DNA of 64,000 bases from an uncultured Actinomycetes bacterium (GTDB lineage: Bacteria; Actinomycetota; Thermoleophilia; Solirubrobacterales; Solirubrobacteraceae): assembly GCA_963839905.1 (NCBI GenBank), contig CAWIXC010000004.1, forward strand, positions 12,005 to 76,004. Reading direction: 5' to 3'. This document shows positions 61,807 to 64,000 of this stretch, one piece after another. Under the pieces are notes generated by a model. That model ran no database searches and was not told the origin of the DNA. It was given only the letters and a program-made list of their open reading frames with translations. Numbering within the stretch: position 1 is the stretch's first letter; each line of letters begins with the position of its first letter. The position numbers were made by a program, and so were the translations under genes.

Positions 61807-64000
61807 TTACTCGGCGACGTGCGCCGCGCTCGCGCGACCCTTGGCGGCCTTGATCGCGTACTTCGACGGCGCGACTGCCACCGTCGGGTTGTCGATCTGA
61901 CCGAGCCGGTCGATGAGCTTGACCCACTGCGACGGCTTCAGCACCGAGCGGGCCAGCTTGCCGGCCTTCGTCGTCGCATCGAACTGCGGACTGAAGCCGA
62001 CGTGGATGTGATCCGCGTGGTCACTCAGCGCGAGGGTGTTCGACGCCCCGTCGTAGGTCATCAGGGTGATGATCTGCGCGGGCTTCATCGTGCCCTGCAG
62101 CGTCAGCAGCCTGCGCACCGTGATATCGGTGATCGAGCCCGCGCCCTGGTTGCCCAGGATCGAGATGCCGTTGATCTTCGCGATGTCGACGGCGTTGCCC
62201 GACGAGTGCGCCGAGACGTTGCCACCGGCGGTGTAGAAGCCGTGGCCGCACTGCAGCGACGTCACGGTCGGCTTCAGGCCGCTCGACGCGAGGAACTCGA
62301 GCACCGCGAGCGCGCGGCGATCGACGATCCCGGCCTCGATGTCGCGACGGCCGCACGAGTAGATCTCGATCCGCGGGTTCGAGAGGACGCGCTGCTGCAG
62401 CGCCTCCTTGCTCATCAGCAGGATCTGACCGATCGAGGCGCGCTGGGAGTCCTCCCCGAAGAACGGGTTCTTGCCCTGCGCGCGGTAGATCGCCGTAGCC
62501 TCGAGGACCTTCCAGCCGTCGAGGATCGGCTTCGGATCGATCCGCGGCGCGCCGCGGCCGGCGGGCCGGATCTCGAACAGCATGTGCGGTGCGAGCACGT
62601 CGGACGTCTTGCCGATGCGGCCGAGGACCGTGCCGGCGATGACCCGGCGGCCCTTGACGAGCGGCTTGAGGACGACGTCCTCCTTCTTGAGGCCGTAGAC
62701 CCCGGAGAAGTAGGACGAGCTGCTCGCGCCGTCGGCCAGCGACGACTCGGACTCCATGAGCTGGCGCTTGCCGCCGGCGCGCAGGGCCTTCGGGCGCGTC
62801 GGGTTGGCGAACAGCCGCTCCTTGGCCACCGCGTCAGCGGCGTCCTCGCTCACGGTGGCCGCCGTGTCGGCGACCTTCTTGACGACCTTGCCCGCGACCT
62901 TGCCCGTGTTGCGGCCGGCGCTCGCGGCCTTCGCGGGAGCCTTGTCCTTCGGCAGCGACAGCTCCTTGGCGACCGACGCCTTGCTCTGCTTCTTCTGCTT
63001 GGGCACGAGCACCTTCGTGGCGACCTTCCTCAGGCCGGCGTAGGTGTACGAGTTGCCGTAGGCGTCCTTCAGCACGACGAAGTTGCCGAGCCGGCGGTTG
63101 TTGCCGATCTTGACGATCGTGCCGTCCTGGACGGCGATGACCCGCGAGCCTGCCTTCGCGAAGATGTTCAGCCCGCGACGGGAGGTGCTCTCGACCGGCA
63201 GCGCCGCGTTCTTCCCGCGAGCGATCCGGCGCGTGGCCGCCCGCTCGGAGATGTCGTCGGCGTACGTCGCCTTGGCGTGCACCGGGAAGCGGCCCTGGGT
63301 CAGGCCGCTGAGCGAGCCGACGAGGTCGGCCGGCATCCCGCCGATGAAGCGTGCACGCATCAGCACCGAGTTGACGTACCAGTCGGCGTGGTTGTAGGCG
63401 AAGATCGCCTTGCGCAGGTCGTCCTGCGCGCCGGCGGCCTTGAGGTAGCGCGCCGCGGCGAAGATCGCGTCGACCGGGTTGAACGGATCGTTCTTGCCGT
63501 CGCCGTTGGCATCGACGCCGTACGCCTTCCAGCTGGACGGCATGAACTGCATCCAGCCGACCGCGCCGGCGCTCGACACGCTGAGGTTGCGCCCGTAGTT
63601 CGTCTCGATCTCGTTGATCGCGGCGAGGACCTCCCACGGCACGCCGTACTGGATGCCGGCCGCCTGGTAGATCGGGAGCAGGAAGACGGGGATGGCGAAC
63701 TTGTCGATGAAGAAGTTCGGAACACCGACCGCCACAGGGCCCGGGAGTGCCAGGGACATGGTCGGGTTCTGCAGGGTGGGGATGCCGTTCGGGAAGCGAA
63801 GCTTCGTCTTCTCGGGGCGGGCGCGCTGCACCTTGTCGGCCACGGCACCGATGACGTTGCCTGCCGAGTCGAGGGCACGCTCACCTGCGCGTGGAACGCG
63901 CTTCTTGTTGCCGGTCGTGCGCTGCTCTTGGGTCGCGCCGTCTCCGGCGATCGCCTCGCCGGCCTGCGCGGCTGGATCAGCCGTGATGCCGGGCAGTGCC
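61807..64000 (-). CDS. Multi-domain cell-wall hydrolase (SLT lytic transglycosylase + M23 peptidase + LAS/M15-like domain); 5' end may lie beyond the window
   Basis: SLT: EIETNYGRN...GAVGWMQFMPSSW. M23: ...GTVLGRIGKTSDVLAPHMLFEIRPAG. C-terminal LAS-type metal motifs SAHSSGNAVD and DHADHIHVG. The frame stays open from GTG 63843 up to position 64000, so the real start is undetermined. Confidence 0.8.
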   Translation of the reverse strand, partial: ALPGITADPAAQAGEAIAGDGATQEQRTTGNKKRVPRAGERALDSAGNVIGAVADKVQRARPEKTKLRFPNGIPTLQNPTMSLALPGPVAVGVPNFFIDKFAIPVFLLPIYQAAGIQYGVPWEVLAAINEIETNYGRNLSVSSAGAVGWMQFMPSSWKAYGVDANGDGKNDPFNPVDAIFAAARYLKAAGAQDDLRKAIFAYNHADWYVNSVLMRARFIGGMPADLVGSLSGLTQGRFPVHAKATYADDISERAATRRIARGKNAALPVESTSRRGLNIFAKAGSRVIAVQDGTIVKIGNNRRLGNFVVLKDAYGNSYTYAGLRKVATKVLVPKQKKQSKASVAKELSLPKDKAPAKAASAGRNTGKVAGKVVKKVADTAATVSEDAADAVAKERLFANPTRPKALRAGGKRQLMESESSLADGASSSSYFSGVYGLKKEDVVLKPLVKGRRVIAGTVLGRIGKTSDVLAPHMLFEIRPAGRGAPRIDPKPILDGWKVLEATAIYRAQGKNPFFGEDSQRASIGQILLMSKEALQQRVLSNPRIEIYSCGRRDIEAGIVDRRALAVLEFLASSGLKPTVTSLQCGHGFYTAGGNVSAHSSGNAVDIAKINGISILGNQGAGSITDITVRRLLTLQGTMKPAQIITLMTYDGASNTLALSDHADHIHVGFSPQFDATTKAGKLARSVLKPSQWVKLIDRLGQIDNPTVAVAPSKYAIKAAKGRASAAHVAE

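Overview
High-GC, actinobacterium-like chromosomal DNA. Most long Arg/Ala/Pro-rich ORFs in the track are antisense shadows, so I called genes by recognisable protein sequence, RBS and start/stop coupling. All family assignments come from motifs read by eye, with no database search. Three blocks. (1) 1-19.9 kb core: a Vgb-like beta-propeller, AlkA- and YcaQ-type DNA glycosylases, a thiXYZ-type ABC importer behind a clear TPP riboswitch, a dCMP-deaminase-family gene beside decayed genes, an iron-redox/CDGSH pair, a CoxE(VWA)/MoxR pair split by a Phd-VapC module, an ECF sigma locus with an RTX-like secreted protein, and GPP34, MBL and GH-like genes. (2) About 19.94-38.42 kb: a visibly more AT-rich island. 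It starts at the stop codon of a core gene, carries a tyrosine recombinase, and may be flanked by an imperfect direct repeat. Its cargo is a tight HEPN(TIGR02391)-recombinase-HEPN(AbiJ/Abi_C) operon, a single-gene OLD-family ATPase/TOPRIM nuclease, orphan proteins, back-to-back tandem duplications, a full-length DnaA paralogue fused to two N-terminal LuxR-type HTH modules, an IS graveyard (IS30 fragment; IS110 inside IS3 inside an IS1380 remnant), two more Rx4H (HEPN-like) proteins and a toxin-antitoxin-like pair with a palindromic operator. (3) 38.7-64 kb core: an EVE-domain gene coupled to a membrane protein, a C5-epimerase-like protein, aldo-keto reductase, CaCA and TerC transporters, two mirrored CopC/YcnI/CopD copper clusters around a divergent pair of paralogous small membrane proteins, an acyl-CoA dehydrogenase/PadR/FadB-like/Sir2 block, and a multi-domain cell-wall hydrolase running off the right edge. 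No rRNA, tRNA or CRISPR array was seen. The strongest candidates for something undescribed are the LuxR-LuxR-DnaA fusion and the HEPN-recombinase-HEPN operon in the island.
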